In this document: one piece after another, positions 27,018 to 36,199 of the stretch | How positions within the stretch are numbered: the stretch's first letter is position 1 | Layout of the letters: the number at the start of each line of letters is the position of its first letter | Source of the DNA: an uncultured Candidatus Saccharibacteria bacterium | GTDB taxonomy: Bacteria > Patescibacteriota > Doudnabacteria > UBA920 > 2-02-FULL-46-11 | NCBI GenBank assembly: GCA_964609765.1 | Contig: CAZSSD010000001.1 | Coordinates: forward strand, 45,282 to 109,281 | Direction of reading: 5' to 3' | DNA length: 64,000 nt | The notes under the pieces: generated by a model | What the model was told of the DNA's origin: nothing | The model's database searches: none | Seen by the model: the letters and a program-made list of their open reading frames with translations, nothing else | Program-made: the position numbers and the translations under genes

Positions 27018-27110
27018 GGAGAGGTAGCCAAGCGGCCAAAGGCGCCGGGGTGTTACTCCGGTGATCGGGTCAATACCTGGTCTGCGTGGGTTCGAATCCC
27101 ACCCTCTCCA
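27018..27110 (+). tRNA. class II (long variable arm) tRNA, Tyr/Ser-like D-arm; the anticodon loop reads gUGUUAc (apparent GUU)
   Basis: Acceptor GGAGAGG/CCTCTCC plus discriminator A. D-arm GCC-AAGCGGCCAAA-GGC. Anticodon stem CCGGG/TCCGG. 24-nt variable arm. T-arm GTGGG-TTCGAAT-CCCAC. No encoded CCA. Confidence 0.75.
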
Positions 27111-27285
27111 TGAAGTACTGGGCAGTGGTCTCCCTTCCGTTGCCTAGAGTTGGAGGAGTAATTCCTTTTCGGAGCGCAGTGCCTCGCGTGGTGACGGGTG
27201 AAACCCGGGACTCCCAAGCCTAGAGCTTGGGAATAATACCGGGGAGTAAGTCCCGATCCAGCGAGCCTGCCCCTCCGGGCACAAA

Positions 27286-27330
27286 AAGCCGTAGCGTTGC
27301 ATGAAACACGCTACGGCTTTACCTTTTATT
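27286..27330. terminator. bidirectional terminator hairpin (AAGCCGTAGCGT...ACGCTACGGCTT) between the tRNA region and recR
   Basis: 12-bp stem with an A-run on one side and a T-run on the other. Confidence 0.55.
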
Positions 27331-27341
27331 GGTGGGTTTTA

Positions 27342-27947
27342 CTATTTTCCGTACTCCCGACGGCCCTCGAGGGCGGAGGTGAGCGTGACTTCGTCCGCGT
27401 ACTCAAGTTCGCCGCCAATGGGCAAGCCCCTCGCGATGCGCGTTACGCGCACACCTATCTCTTTAAGCTGCTTGGCGATGTACATGGCCGTGGTCTCGCC
27501 CTCAAGATCGGCGTTGGTGGCGAGAATGACTTCTTTAACGGTTCCGTTTTGGACCTTGGCCAGGAGTTCATTTATTTTTAAATCTTCAGGGCCCACGCCG
27601 TCAATGGGGGCAATGCTGCCGCCCAAGACATGGTAAACTCCCTGATAATCGCCGGTTGATTCCAAGGCCACTACATCGAGGGGTTTTTCCACCACGGCAA
27701 TTATGCTCTTATCGCGCCGGCTGTCGCGGCATATTTCGCAAACACTGCCTTCAGACATCGTGTAGCACTCACGGCAATAGTCTATGCCGCCTTTGAGCTC
27801 TGATATGGCAGCACCAAACTCTTTCAAATCCGACTCGGCCCAGTTAAGCATGGCAAAAGAAAGACGGCCGGCGGTTTTAGGGCCGAGGCCGGGTAGTTTA
27901 GTGAACTGATCAATGAGTTTTTGTAGGGCTTTAGGCAGCTTAGACAT
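27342..27947 (-). CDS. recR: recombination protein RecR
   Basis: HhH motif (LPGLGPKTAGRL), a C4 zinc finger (CRECYTMSEGSVCEIC) and a Toprim domain. Confidence 0.9.
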   Translation of the reverse strand: MSKLPKALQKLIDQFTKLPGLGPKTAGRLSFAMLNWAESDLKEFGAAISELKGGIDYCRECYTMSEGSVCEICRDSRRDKSIIAVVEKPLDVVALESTGDYQGVYHVLGGSIAPIDGVGPEDLKINELLAKVQNGTVKEVILATNADLEGETTAMYIAKQLKEIGVRVTRIARGLPIGGELEYADEVTLTSALEGRREYGK

Positions 27948-29354
27948 TTAGAACGGACTGATTGTTTCCATCGCGGGCGGCGGCCCCGATGGCGTATCTT
28001 TGCCCAGGTTATGGAAAGTGACTTTTTCGGGGTCGAAGAATAATTCAACATCGCCGGTCGGGCCATTGCGGTGTTTTTTGATGAGTATCTGGGCCACGTT
28101 GGGTTTTCTGGATTCCGCGCCTTTGTAATAGTCTTCGCGGTAAATAAACATAACTACGTCAGCGTCTTGTTCAAGTGAGCCTGATTCGCGCAGATCAGAA
28201 AGCATGGGAATGGCCGGGTTGCGCTGTTCGGGGGCGCGGCTAAGCTGCGAGAGAGCCAAGACCGGGACATTAAGCTCGCGGGCGAGGGCTTTAAGCGATC
28301 TGGAAATTTCAGACACTTCCTGGACGCGATTGTCGGTGCCGGACATGCCGCGCATGAGCTGCAGATAATCGATAATAATTAAACCTAATTCGTGGTCGGC
28401 CTGCAGGCGGCGGGCTTTGGTGCGCAGCTCCATAACATTGGCCGAAGCGGTATCGTCAATAAAGATGGGCGCTTCCGCCAACCGGCCCATCGCGTGTTGA
28501 ATTTTAGCAAAGTCGTTATCGGGGCCCTCTTCGGAAAGTCTGCCGGTGCGCATCTTCCACATGTCTATGGCAGCCTCCGAAGCCAGCAATCTATCTACCA
28601 ACTGGTCGCGGCTCATTTCTAAAGAAAATATGGCTACGCCCACGCCGGCATGCGCGGCGTGTCTGGCCATATCCAGGGCCAGGCTTGTTTTACCCATCGA
28701 AGGCCTGGCCGCCAAAATAATCAGGTCCGATTTTTGCAGGCCGCCCAGCGTCCGGTCTAGATCGATGAAGCCGGTGGTAATACCGCGCAGTTTGCCTTTT
28801 TCGCGATGCAGTTCGTCAATGCGTTCAAAGGTTTCGTTCAGGGCCTCGGAGAGGTGAATAAAATTTTGCTTGAGATGCTTTTGCGAAACCGAGAAAATTT
28901 TCGTTTCGGCTTGGTCTAAAATTGTGCTGACGTCGCGTTCCTCATCATAGGCGATATTGGTGATATCGCTGGAAACTTTTATTAATTTGCGCAGCGTGCC
29001 TTTGCGTTTGACAATTTGCGCATAGTGAACCACGTGCGCGGCCGTGGGCACGGAATTAACGAGTTGGGTAAGGTAGGTGGTGCCACCCACGCCTTCCAGT
29101 TTGCCAAGATCGGTCAGGCGGTTGCCCACCGTGAGCACATCGATGCTGGATTTGGCTTGATATAAATCAAGCATGGCCCGATAGATAATGATGTGCTTGT
29201 CATAGTAAAAATCGTCCGCATCGATCAGATCGGCAACTTTAATAATGGCGTCTTTGTCTAACATTAAAGAGCCCAAAACCGACTGTTCGGCTTCAACATT
29301 TTGAGGAGGAATGCGCGGCGAGGCTACGCTGTAGTTTTGATTTTCTTGGGCCAT
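27948..29354 (-). CDS. dnaB: replicative DNA helicase DnaB (no intein)
   Basis: Walker A ARPSMGKTSLAL, an H4 motif, and a RecA-like C-terminal domain. Confidence 0.9.
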   Translation of the reverse strand: MAQENQNYSVASPRIPPQNVEAEQSVLGSLMLDKDAIIKVADLIDADDFYYDKHIIIYRAMLDLYQAKSSIDVLTVGNRLTDLGKLEGVGGTTYLTQLVNSVPTAAHVVHYAQIVKRKGTLRKLIKVSSDITNIAYDEERDVSTILDQAETKIFSVSQKHLKQNFIHLSEALNETFERIDELHREKGKLRGITTGFIDLDRTLGGLQKSDLIILAARPSMGKTSLALDMARHAAHAGVGVAIFSLEMSRDQLVDRLLASEAAIDMWKMRTGRLSEEGPDNDFAKIQHAMGRLAEAPIFIDDTASANVMELRTKARRLQADHELGLIIIDYLQLMRGMSGTDNRVQEVSEISRSLKALARELNVPVLALSQLSRAPEQRNPAIPMLSDLRESGSLEQDADVVMFIYREDYYKGAESRKPNVAQILIKKHRNGPTGDVELFFDPEKVTFHNLGKDTPSGPPPAMETISPF

Positions 29355-29410
29355 ATATAGCTTCAGTTTAGATCAGCGCCAGAATAGCTCAAAATGGGGA
29401 TATGTGGATA

Positions 29411-30793
29411 TCATTTAGGCCTGATTTTAGTGCCTTCTGGGGTGTCCTCGACGTTAAAACCGAGGTTTTCGATTTGGCCGCGGAGCGTATCTGATTCTTC
29501 CCAATTCTTGGCAACGCGGGCCTGATCCCGCTTTTTTGCAAGTGCATGCACTTCAGGCGGTATGGGCCGGGGTTTGAGGTTCGCCAAATCCAGGCCCAGC
29601 ACTTTTTCCATTTCATTAATGGTTGCTCTCTTGACGCTGTTGGGCAGTTGTGATTCGCGTATCAGTTCCCAAAGCAGAGCAATGGCGCCCGGCGTATCGA
29701 GGTTGTTTTCCAAAATCGCTCGAAAGCGTGCCAAAACGCCTTCGTCTGGCTCTGAAGGATCGTCGTATTCGGCAATGGCGGCGCGCAGGGCAGATCGGGC
29801 TTGTGATGCGGCGCGCAATCCTTCCCACGTGAAGTTTAATTTGTTTTGGTAGTGAGAGGTAAGGACTAAATACCTAAAATCAAAAGCACTAAAGCCCTTG
29901 GCTTTGAGATCGCTTAAGGTAAATAAATTACCGCGCGATTTGCTCATCTTTTGTCCCTCCACCAAAAGATGTTCGCCGTGCAGCCAGTAATTTGCAAGCG
30001 GTACCCCAAAGGCCGCCTCCGACTGGGCAATTTCGTTGGGGTGATGAGGGAACAAATGGTCGACGCCCCCGGTGTGAATATCAAAAGGTTGGCCCAAGAA
30101 TTTGCGGCTGATGGCCGAGCACTCAATGTGCCAGCCGGGAAAACCCTCTCCCCAAGGCGACTGCCAGCGCATAGCGTGATGCTCAAACCGCCCTACTGTT
30201 TTAAACCAGAGGGCAAAATCAGCGGGGTGTTTTTTGGAAGTTTCGGTGACAACTTCCTCGCGCGCGCCCTTAAGCATATTTTCAAATTTTTGGCCGATGA
30301 GCAATTCGTATTTTGGGAATTTAGCGATGTCAAAATAGATTGCTTCCGGCGTTTCGTAGGCCGAATTATTGTCCAGAAGTTTTTGCACAAGCTCGATTAT
30401 TTCCGGAATATGGCCGGTGGCTGGCGTAAGAATTTCCGGCCTGATCATATTCAGATCCGCCGTATCTTTGAGAAACACGTCAGTATAATGTTGGGCCACT
30501 TGCCAAACCGTTTTGTTTTGGATCCTGGCCCCTTTTTCGAGTTTGTCTTCGCCCTCATCCGCATCGGAAGTAAGGTGGCCAACGTCGGTAATATTCATAA
30601 CGCGCTTAACTCGGTAGCCCAGGTGTGCGAGTACCCGGTGAAGAATGTCGTAGAACAAAAAAGTGCGCATGTTGCCGATATGCGGATCAAGATAGACCGT
30701 CGGCCCGCACGTGTAAAGACGAACTTCATTGGCGGCAATCGGTATAAATTCGACAATCTCTTTTTTGTACGTATCGTATAATTTCAAGGCCAT
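29411..30793 (-). CDS. cysS: cysteinyl-tRNA synthetase
   Basis: HIGN (HIGH) and KMSKS motifs. Confidence 0.9.
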   Translation of the reverse strand: MALKLYDTYKKEIVEFIPIAANEVRLYTCGPTVYLDPHIGNMRTFLFYDILHRVLAHLGYRVKRVMNITDVGHLTSDADEGEDKLEKGARIQNKTVWQVAQHYTDVFLKDTADLNMIRPEILTPATGHIPEIIELVQKLLDNNSAYETPEAIYFDIAKFPKYELLIGQKFENMLKGAREEVVTETSKKHPADFALWFKTVGRFEHHAMRWQSPWGEGFPGWHIECSAISRKFLGQPFDIHTGGVDHLFPHHPNEIAQSEAAFGVPLANYWLHGEHLLVEGQKMSKSRGNLFTLSDLKAKGFSAFDFRYLVLTSHYQNKLNFTWEGLRAASQARSALRAAIAEYDDPSEPDEGVLARFRAILENNLDTPGAIALLWELIRESQLPNSVKRATINEMEKVLGLDLANLKPRPIPPEVHALAKKRDQARVAKNWEESDTLRGQIENLGFNVEDTPEGTKIRPK

Positions 30794-30914
30794 GCGCTAA
30801 TTGTATCTGTATTTTTTATTTTTTGCCATCCACTTGGCGTACGCGGTATCTTTTATGGTATAATAAAATCAGATTTTAAATATCCGAAACTAAGGAAAAT
30901 TATCACAAACCAAA

Positions 30915-33584
30915 ATGAGAAAGTTTAGGCCGGGAGCCGGAGACGGAAAAGACGAACAAGACGAAGGAGTTCGCTTTTGGGATCCGGAAGGCAAGCTGAA
31001 AAAAGTAACACCGGGCCGAATACGGGAAAAAGAGGGCAAAGAACCAAGCAGGCCTATTTTTATTAGAGGGTCCATGGAGAAGCCGGAATTTTTTCCCTAT
31101 GGCTACGACCAGCCATGGTTATCAGAACGCACCGCCGGCCTAGACAAGCTAACAGTACCCGAGCTTGAAGTCGAATTGAGCAAACTTGAACTCCTTTTGG
31201 AAGGCCTTAACCGCGGTGAAGCCCAAAGAAAGGGCAGTTTCCGAGAGCAATTATTGCTGGCTGAACGGATAAGCGCGATTAAGGCATTATTGGCAACCGC
31301 TGATAGAATCAAGCCCATGGCCGCGGAAAGTAAGGTTGCAGATACGTCATCTGTTGTTGAGCAGGTTTTCGAGCATCCAGAAGTTATTGAACAAGAGCCC
31401 ATACTCGTCGAGCTTATTAGAAAACATGTAATTCAAGACCTTAAGGAATTAAGCCAAAAGGAGCTCGATATGGAGGCCACGGCGATGGTTCAGGAGATAA
31501 GGGCCTTGGGTCTGCGTAAAAAAATTGAACCGCGGTTAGAGCAGGCCTACGAGTGGGTCTTGGCTGAAAAGGAGAACCGCCTCAAGGCCAACAGGCTTGA
31601 GGGTGATGATTTTACGCCTCCGGTTGATGCCACAGAGCGTTTTGTGATCCCGGCCGCATATTTGAGCAATCCTGATTTGGCGTTGTATCCCGCCGCCTTG
31701 GTTCGCGAATCAGACCAAGCCGAATTGGAGGGCTTGCGGGACCATGTTGCCAGTCAGATTAAAGATGCGGAAGAATGGCCGGACTCTAAGAAAAAAAGGG
31801 CAATGTTTGCCATACTCAAGAGGCGCCTAGAACAACTGGAATCTGAAATACAAAGTCGCCTGCAGCGACTGGAATCTCAAAAACAAAGGCGTGATGCCAA
31901 AATAAGAGCTGAAGAAGAAAAGTATTGGCACGGGCCAAAAATCCTATATGATGGCCGTGAAAAAGAACTGACTCTGGAAGAGCAAGTTGCCTGGTTGGCC
32001 AGCGAGATTAGGCATGCGAGCACCCGGATGCTGAAAACCAAAGCACAAGTGGAGCCGCGCGAGCGATACATTTCCCAACTTAAAAAAGCACTTATCAGAA
32101 AACAAGAAGAGTTGGTTGTAACCAAACGATATGTGGGCGAACCAAATGGCGAGCCTGCGGCCGAGCCCGCGGGGGAAGCGGGCGAGGTGGCTAGACCCGC
32201 GGCCATAGATTGGCGCGCTGACTTAAGCGACGAAATCGAGCGGGGTACCATCAATCTCCCTTCTGCGCAGGAGTTGGAGGGCTCCACGCCCGATCAGCTC
32301 AACGGCATTGTCACTAAAGTATTGCCCTCTATTCGAAGGCGGCTGACCCGCGATCATCAGGAGGACCCGGCCGAACTGCGTAGAAAATTAGATGCGGTTA
32401 CGGCCTATGAGGAGCAGGTTTTAGCGCCTGTTTTGCAAGTGGTTCAGGACCGAGCCAACCAAGCTAAAAGCAAGCCGGCGACCGAAGCGCGGGCTGAAAA
32501 TGACGCTACTCCCGTTACTGAAAAACCTACTCCTGCCAGCCGAGGGCGCGGCCGGCCTCGAAAGGAAGTCCAAGCAGAAGATCAAAGCACCGTTAGACTT
32601 CGCCAAAAACTCGCTGATCTGAATACAGAAATCGAAACCAGAGAGCGCCAGAAGGCAGAACTGGTAGAGCGGCAGAAGCGGCTGACCGCAGCTTTTGATA
32701 ATTTAAAGGAGTTGAGAGACTTTATAGATACAATCGAACTCGGCCAGGGCGAACCTACCGAGAAAGAAACGCAAGCGGTTGACCAACTTGTTCGCAAAGC
32801 CTTTGCCGCGCTTAACAGCCTGGTTCTGGTAGAATATACATCACTTGACTACCGCAAAAAAATAGAAAAAGGCAAAAAGGAAATTCTAAAGTTAAGGTTG
32901 GAACCGGGCAAGTTAATAGATGTTGATTTTGTCAAAATGGAAGCTCGCGCCGAAAACGGCGATTTATTGGATACACTATTCGTTTCCGCGGACGGACAAC
33001 TGGGGCTCAACAGACCAAAGCAAAAGCCTATCCGGGAGGTGGAAGCCATGCGTATTATTTTGGGCGATCTTAGGGCGATCGCATTGAATTTTAGAGATTT
33101 GGTTGGCAGTGAAAGGGTTCAAGTTCGTAGGGAACTTGGTTATTTGGGGGATAAGGTGCTTGCACCACTTTATGCGGCGCGCGATAAATTTATCGGCATG
33201 CTCGCTACCCGAAGACCCGAGCAGGCAGCGGCAGGAGAAAAAGGTAAAAGTGGGCGACCGGGTAAGCGCGAGGGCAGAAAAGAAGTTCCGCCTCGTTCCG
33301 CGCAAGCTGTTCCGGCCGAGACTCCTCCAGCACCCGAAGCTCGAGCCAGCGGCAATGAAACCGATGCCGAGAAAATCCGCAAAAGCTTCGCTTCGTTATT
33401 TGCGGTAGCGGCGCGGCGAGCCGGTGGGGTGGGCAAAACTTTTAGCATCCAAGGGCCGCAAGGTGTTATTAGTGGTGAAATGTTGGACATGCATAGTATT
33501 TCGGTGGCGCGTAAAACTCCCGAAGGCCAAGAGGTCGAAAAAGGCATCATTACCAACGACGGGCACTTTATTCCCAGCAAGTAA
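30915..33584 (+). CDS. giant hypothetical protein (889 aa), highly charged coiled-coil with an AT-hook-like GRGRPRK
   Basis: Extended-TGn -10 box TGGTATAAT at 30855. K/E/R-rich heptad-like segments and an RGRGRPRK motif. First gene of a co-directional cluster. Confidence 0.6.
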   Translation: MRKFRPGAGDGKDEQDEGVRFWDPEGKLKKVTPGRIREKEGKEPSRPIFIRGSMEKPEFFPYGYDQPWLSERTAGLDKLTVPELEVELSKLELLLEGLNRGEAQRKGSFREQLLLAERISAIKALLATADRIKPMAAESKVADTSSVVEQVFEHPEVIEQEPILVELIRKHVIQDLKELSQKELDMEATAMVQEIRALGLRKKIEPRLEQAYEWVLAEKENRLKANRLEGDDFTPPVDATERFVIPAAYLSNPDLALYPAALVRESDQAELEGLRDHVASQIKDAEEWPDSKKKRAMFAILKRRLEQLESEIQSRLQRLESQKQRRDAKIRAEEEKYWHGPKILYDGREKELTLEEQVAWLASEIRHASTRMLKTKAQVEPRERYISQLKKALIRKQEELVVTKRYVGEPNGEPAAEPAGEAGEVARPAAIDWRADLSDEIERGTINLPSAQELEGSTPDQLNGIVTKVLPSIRRRLTRDHQEDPAELRRKLDAVTAYEEQVLAPVLQVVQDRANQAKSKPATEARAENDATPVTEKPTPASRGRGRPRKEVQAEDQSTVRLRQKLADLNTEIETRERQKAELVERQKRLTAAFDNLKELRDFIDTIELGQGEPTEKETQAVDQLVRKAFAALNSLVLVEYTSLDYRKKIEKGKKEILKLRLEPGKLIDVDFVKMEARAENGDLLDTLFVSADGQLGLNRPKQKPIREVEAMRIILGDLRAIALNFRDLVGSERVQVRRELGYLGDKVLAPLYAARDKFIGMLATRRPEQAAAGEKGKSGRPGKREGRKEVPPRSAQAVPAETPPAPEARASGNETDAEKIRKSFASLFAVAARRAGGVGKTFSIQGPQGVISGEMLDMHSISVARKTPEGQEVEKGIITNDGHFIPSK

Positions 33585-33598
33585 TTTACCTACTCAAA

Positions 33599-36199
33599 AT
33601 GTCAGATCCTATTCAACCGGGTTCGCCAATTGATCCTACTTCAGCCGAGACAGGCAGTGAGCTTTCTGACGCAGCTCATCTAGTCTCTAGTTTGCGTCAA
33701 AACATTGAAGAGGTTTCGGCTATGGTTGCCGGCGTTTCCGCAAAGAAAGCGCCTTTGGCTGATTTTTTCCCCATTTGGCAGCGTGTTAAGCAGATACGTG
33801 AACAATTTAAACAGTTACCTGATGTCCCGCTTTGGCAGGACGAACAAACGCAATTATACGAGGCCTATGAAGCCATTCGTTATGGCCGCTATCAAGAATT
33901 TTTACGCGGTGCACTTGCTGACGCCCTTCAAGAGCTAAATCCCGATTGGCCTGAATCAGAAGTAAATCGCTACCGCAACACAATGTCTTTGCCAGAAATG
34001 CAGGATAAAGTTCTCAATGCTGCAAGACTGGTACGTAGATTGAACGAGAATTTAGATTTTCTCCGGGGCGTACTATCTCACGCACCCGAGCTTAAAATTT
34101 TGGAAAATATGGAGACTTTGCTCGCGGCCCAAAGCGAAATTGAAGACATTATAGATCAGTTGCAAAGCACTCTTGAAAGCGGCACCACGCCAATCAATAC
34201 GGGCTTAGTGGCGGAGTTGCGCGAGCGCGTTAATAATGTAAAAAAAGACCTCGCAGATTTAAACCGAAAAGCATCAGAGGAGGGTCAAGTTCAGCCTGCT
34301 GCAGAGTCGGCGCCAGTGGAAACAGAACAGCCAGTTCCGGCTGTAGTTACTGTCGAGCCGTCTGCGGCAACGCCGTCGGCGGAGCGGGAAGCCATTGAAA
34401 TAACCGGTTCGCTGGCTAAAAAAATGGAAAATATTTACGCCAACTTGCAGGACAAGGGTGTTAATGTTCCATATGGGTTATACCATTTTGAATTTAACGG
34501 GACCGATGTAGCTTTCTATGTAACTGCTGATTTTGAGGGTCAGGGCCGGTATGTGGGAATAACATCTACCGAAAAAGGACGCTCGGTACAGGTTGATTTC
34601 CGGCTCTATCTTGATTTGGGCAAAGTTGAATTACGTAAAGGAAGCGACAAACAAATTGTAACCGGCGAGCCGGCCATGGCTACGCTCGAGGACCTATTGG
34701 TTAAGCTGGAAAGCGGTACGGGTAAAAAATTTATAAGCGAACCGGCCCGGACTGTGGCGGAAACCCAAGAGCCTTCGCCCACGGATTTGGACGCAGCTTT
34801 GCTACACGAGCAGGAGGAACCGGCTATGCCCGAGGCCGCGGTAACAGAGGCAAGAGAAATTGGGCGGCCGCAGCCTGCTGAAATTGCCGCATCGGGATGG
34901 GAGAATCTTGTTATGCCGTCAACTTCGCTGCGGGCGCCGCTCAATGTTATAGAGCGATCGGACGGCACCCATGCTATCTACATCAGAGCAGGCGCGGAAA
35001 TAGACCACATAGCTGTCGGCGGCATCAGACATAATTTATTTCCTGAAGCCGAGGCTTATGAAAGATTAGAAACAATTGAACCGGCCATAGTGCGCATTCA
35101 GCCCACCACAACCGCCGGCGAAGTCACCTATAGCGTGGTCAAGCAAGGCGTGGTCAAGCAAGCTGGAGAAGCTGAACTAAGACCGGCCTCTCCCTCTGGC
35201 CTGGCCGCGCAACCCGCTTTGGGCGCAGAAATAATTGCGGAAGCGCCGACAACCGAGATGGAACCGGCGCCGGTTGAGGCGACTCCGACCCCGCAAGCCC
35301 CACCTGCTCCCGAGGAACGCGAAGAAGATGTAGCGGCAGTTCCTGATGCTGCCCAACCCGAACCAGAACCCCAACCAGAACCAGAACCTATTAGACCGGA
35401 ACGGCAGCAAACTTTTGATATGGCGGAATTTGCCGCGCTGGCGGCTGAATTCGCGCGGGAGGCGGATAAAGAAGATTATTACACCTGGGAAATGGGTCTT
35501 GCCCGCTTACCCCAAGAGCTTATCGACAGTTCAGAAGAGAGATTAAAACGAATCAGAGTGATTATTGATGAGTTTGGGCATTTAATTGGGCTAGAGGCAA
35601 AAGTTAAAGATGATTTAGGTTACGAGCTTCGTATTTCTGTTCAAAAAAGCGCTTTCAGTAGTTCGGCAAAAGACGGCGTGCGGGTAGTTTTAAACTTTGC
35701 CGACAAGGATATGAAAAGCATAACCTGGAATTTTGTCGACGATGGCTATATTTCTTTTAGCGGATGGTTGGGTAAAGACCCTTTACCTGATTTTGCCAGC
35801 AAACACAATCTGACTAGTGTCCAAAAGGATGCTCTGGCTGTTTCTGAATTTGAAAGATTGATTATGCCCCTAAAGGGGCGGCTTGAGGAAGTTGATAAAC
35901 AAAAACAGATAGCCGCCGCCGAAGCAGAACTAGAAAAAGAAAGAGAAAAAGAAAGAGACGACTATGAGCCGATAACTAGGGAGCAGAGATTAGTAAATCA
36001 AACGAAGTATAATAGGTTAGCGCCGCTTGCGGCTAAAGCTAAAAACGGCAGACTTGAACTTCCTAATGGACAAGTTTTGGAATTCTTGCCCGAGGCGGGC
36101 GAGAGCAGGCACAGAAATATTTTAGTAATTAACGAGGCAGATGGGACCTATGTAGTTATTGACGAAGAAGGCCATCGTCTGGCTATTGATTTAGAATGA
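33599..36199 (+). CDS. giant hypothetical protein (866 aa) with a PEPEPQPEPEP low-complexity linker
   Basis: 15-nt gap after the previous gene. Acidic, with a Pro/Glu repeat encoded by a CCAGAA tandem repeat at about 35346-35400. Confidence 0.6.
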   Translation: MSDPIQPGSPIDPTSAETGSELSDAAHLVSSLRQNIEEVSAMVAGVSAKKAPLADFFPIWQRVKQIREQFKQLPDVPLWQDEQTQLYEAYEAIRYGRYQEFLRGALADALQELNPDWPESEVNRYRNTMSLPEMQDKVLNAARLVRRLNENLDFLRGVLSHAPELKILENMETLLAAQSEIEDIIDQLQSTLESGTTPINTGLVAELRERVNNVKKDLADLNRKASEEGQVQPAAESAPVETEQPVPAVVTVEPSAATPSAEREAIEITGSLAKKMENIYANLQDKGVNVPYGLYHFEFNGTDVAFYVTADFEGQGRYVGITSTEKGRSVQVDFRLYLDLGKVELRKGSDKQIVTGEPAMATLEDLLVKLESGTGKKFISEPARTVAETQEPSPTDLDAALLHEQEEPAMPEAAVTEAREIGRPQPAEIAASGWENLVMPSTSLRAPLNVIERSDGTHAIYIRAGAEIDHIAVGGIRHNLFPEAEAYERLETIEPAIVRIQPTTTAGEVTYSVVKQGVVKQAGEAELRPASPSGLAAQPALGAEIIAEAPTTEMEPAPVEATPTPQAPPAPEEREEDVAAVPDAAQPEPEPQPEPEPIRPERQQTFDMAEFAALAAEFAREADKEDYYTWEMGLARLPQELIDSSEERLKRIRVIIDEFGHLIGLEAKVKDDLGYELRISVQKSAFSSSAKDGVRVVLNFADKDMKSITWNFVDDGYISFSGWLGKDPLPDFASKHNLTSVQKDALAVSEFERLIMPLKGRLEEVDKQKQIAAAEAELEKEREKERDDYEPITREQRLVNQTKYNRLAPLAAKAKNGRLELPNGQVLEFLPEAGESRHRNILVINEADGTYVVIDEEGHRLAIDLE

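Noticed and set aside
26755-27027. 90-aa + strand ORF spanning the ncRNA/tRNA-like junction.
   Set aside because: It runs through tRNA-like structures and a GC-rich region, with no RBS.
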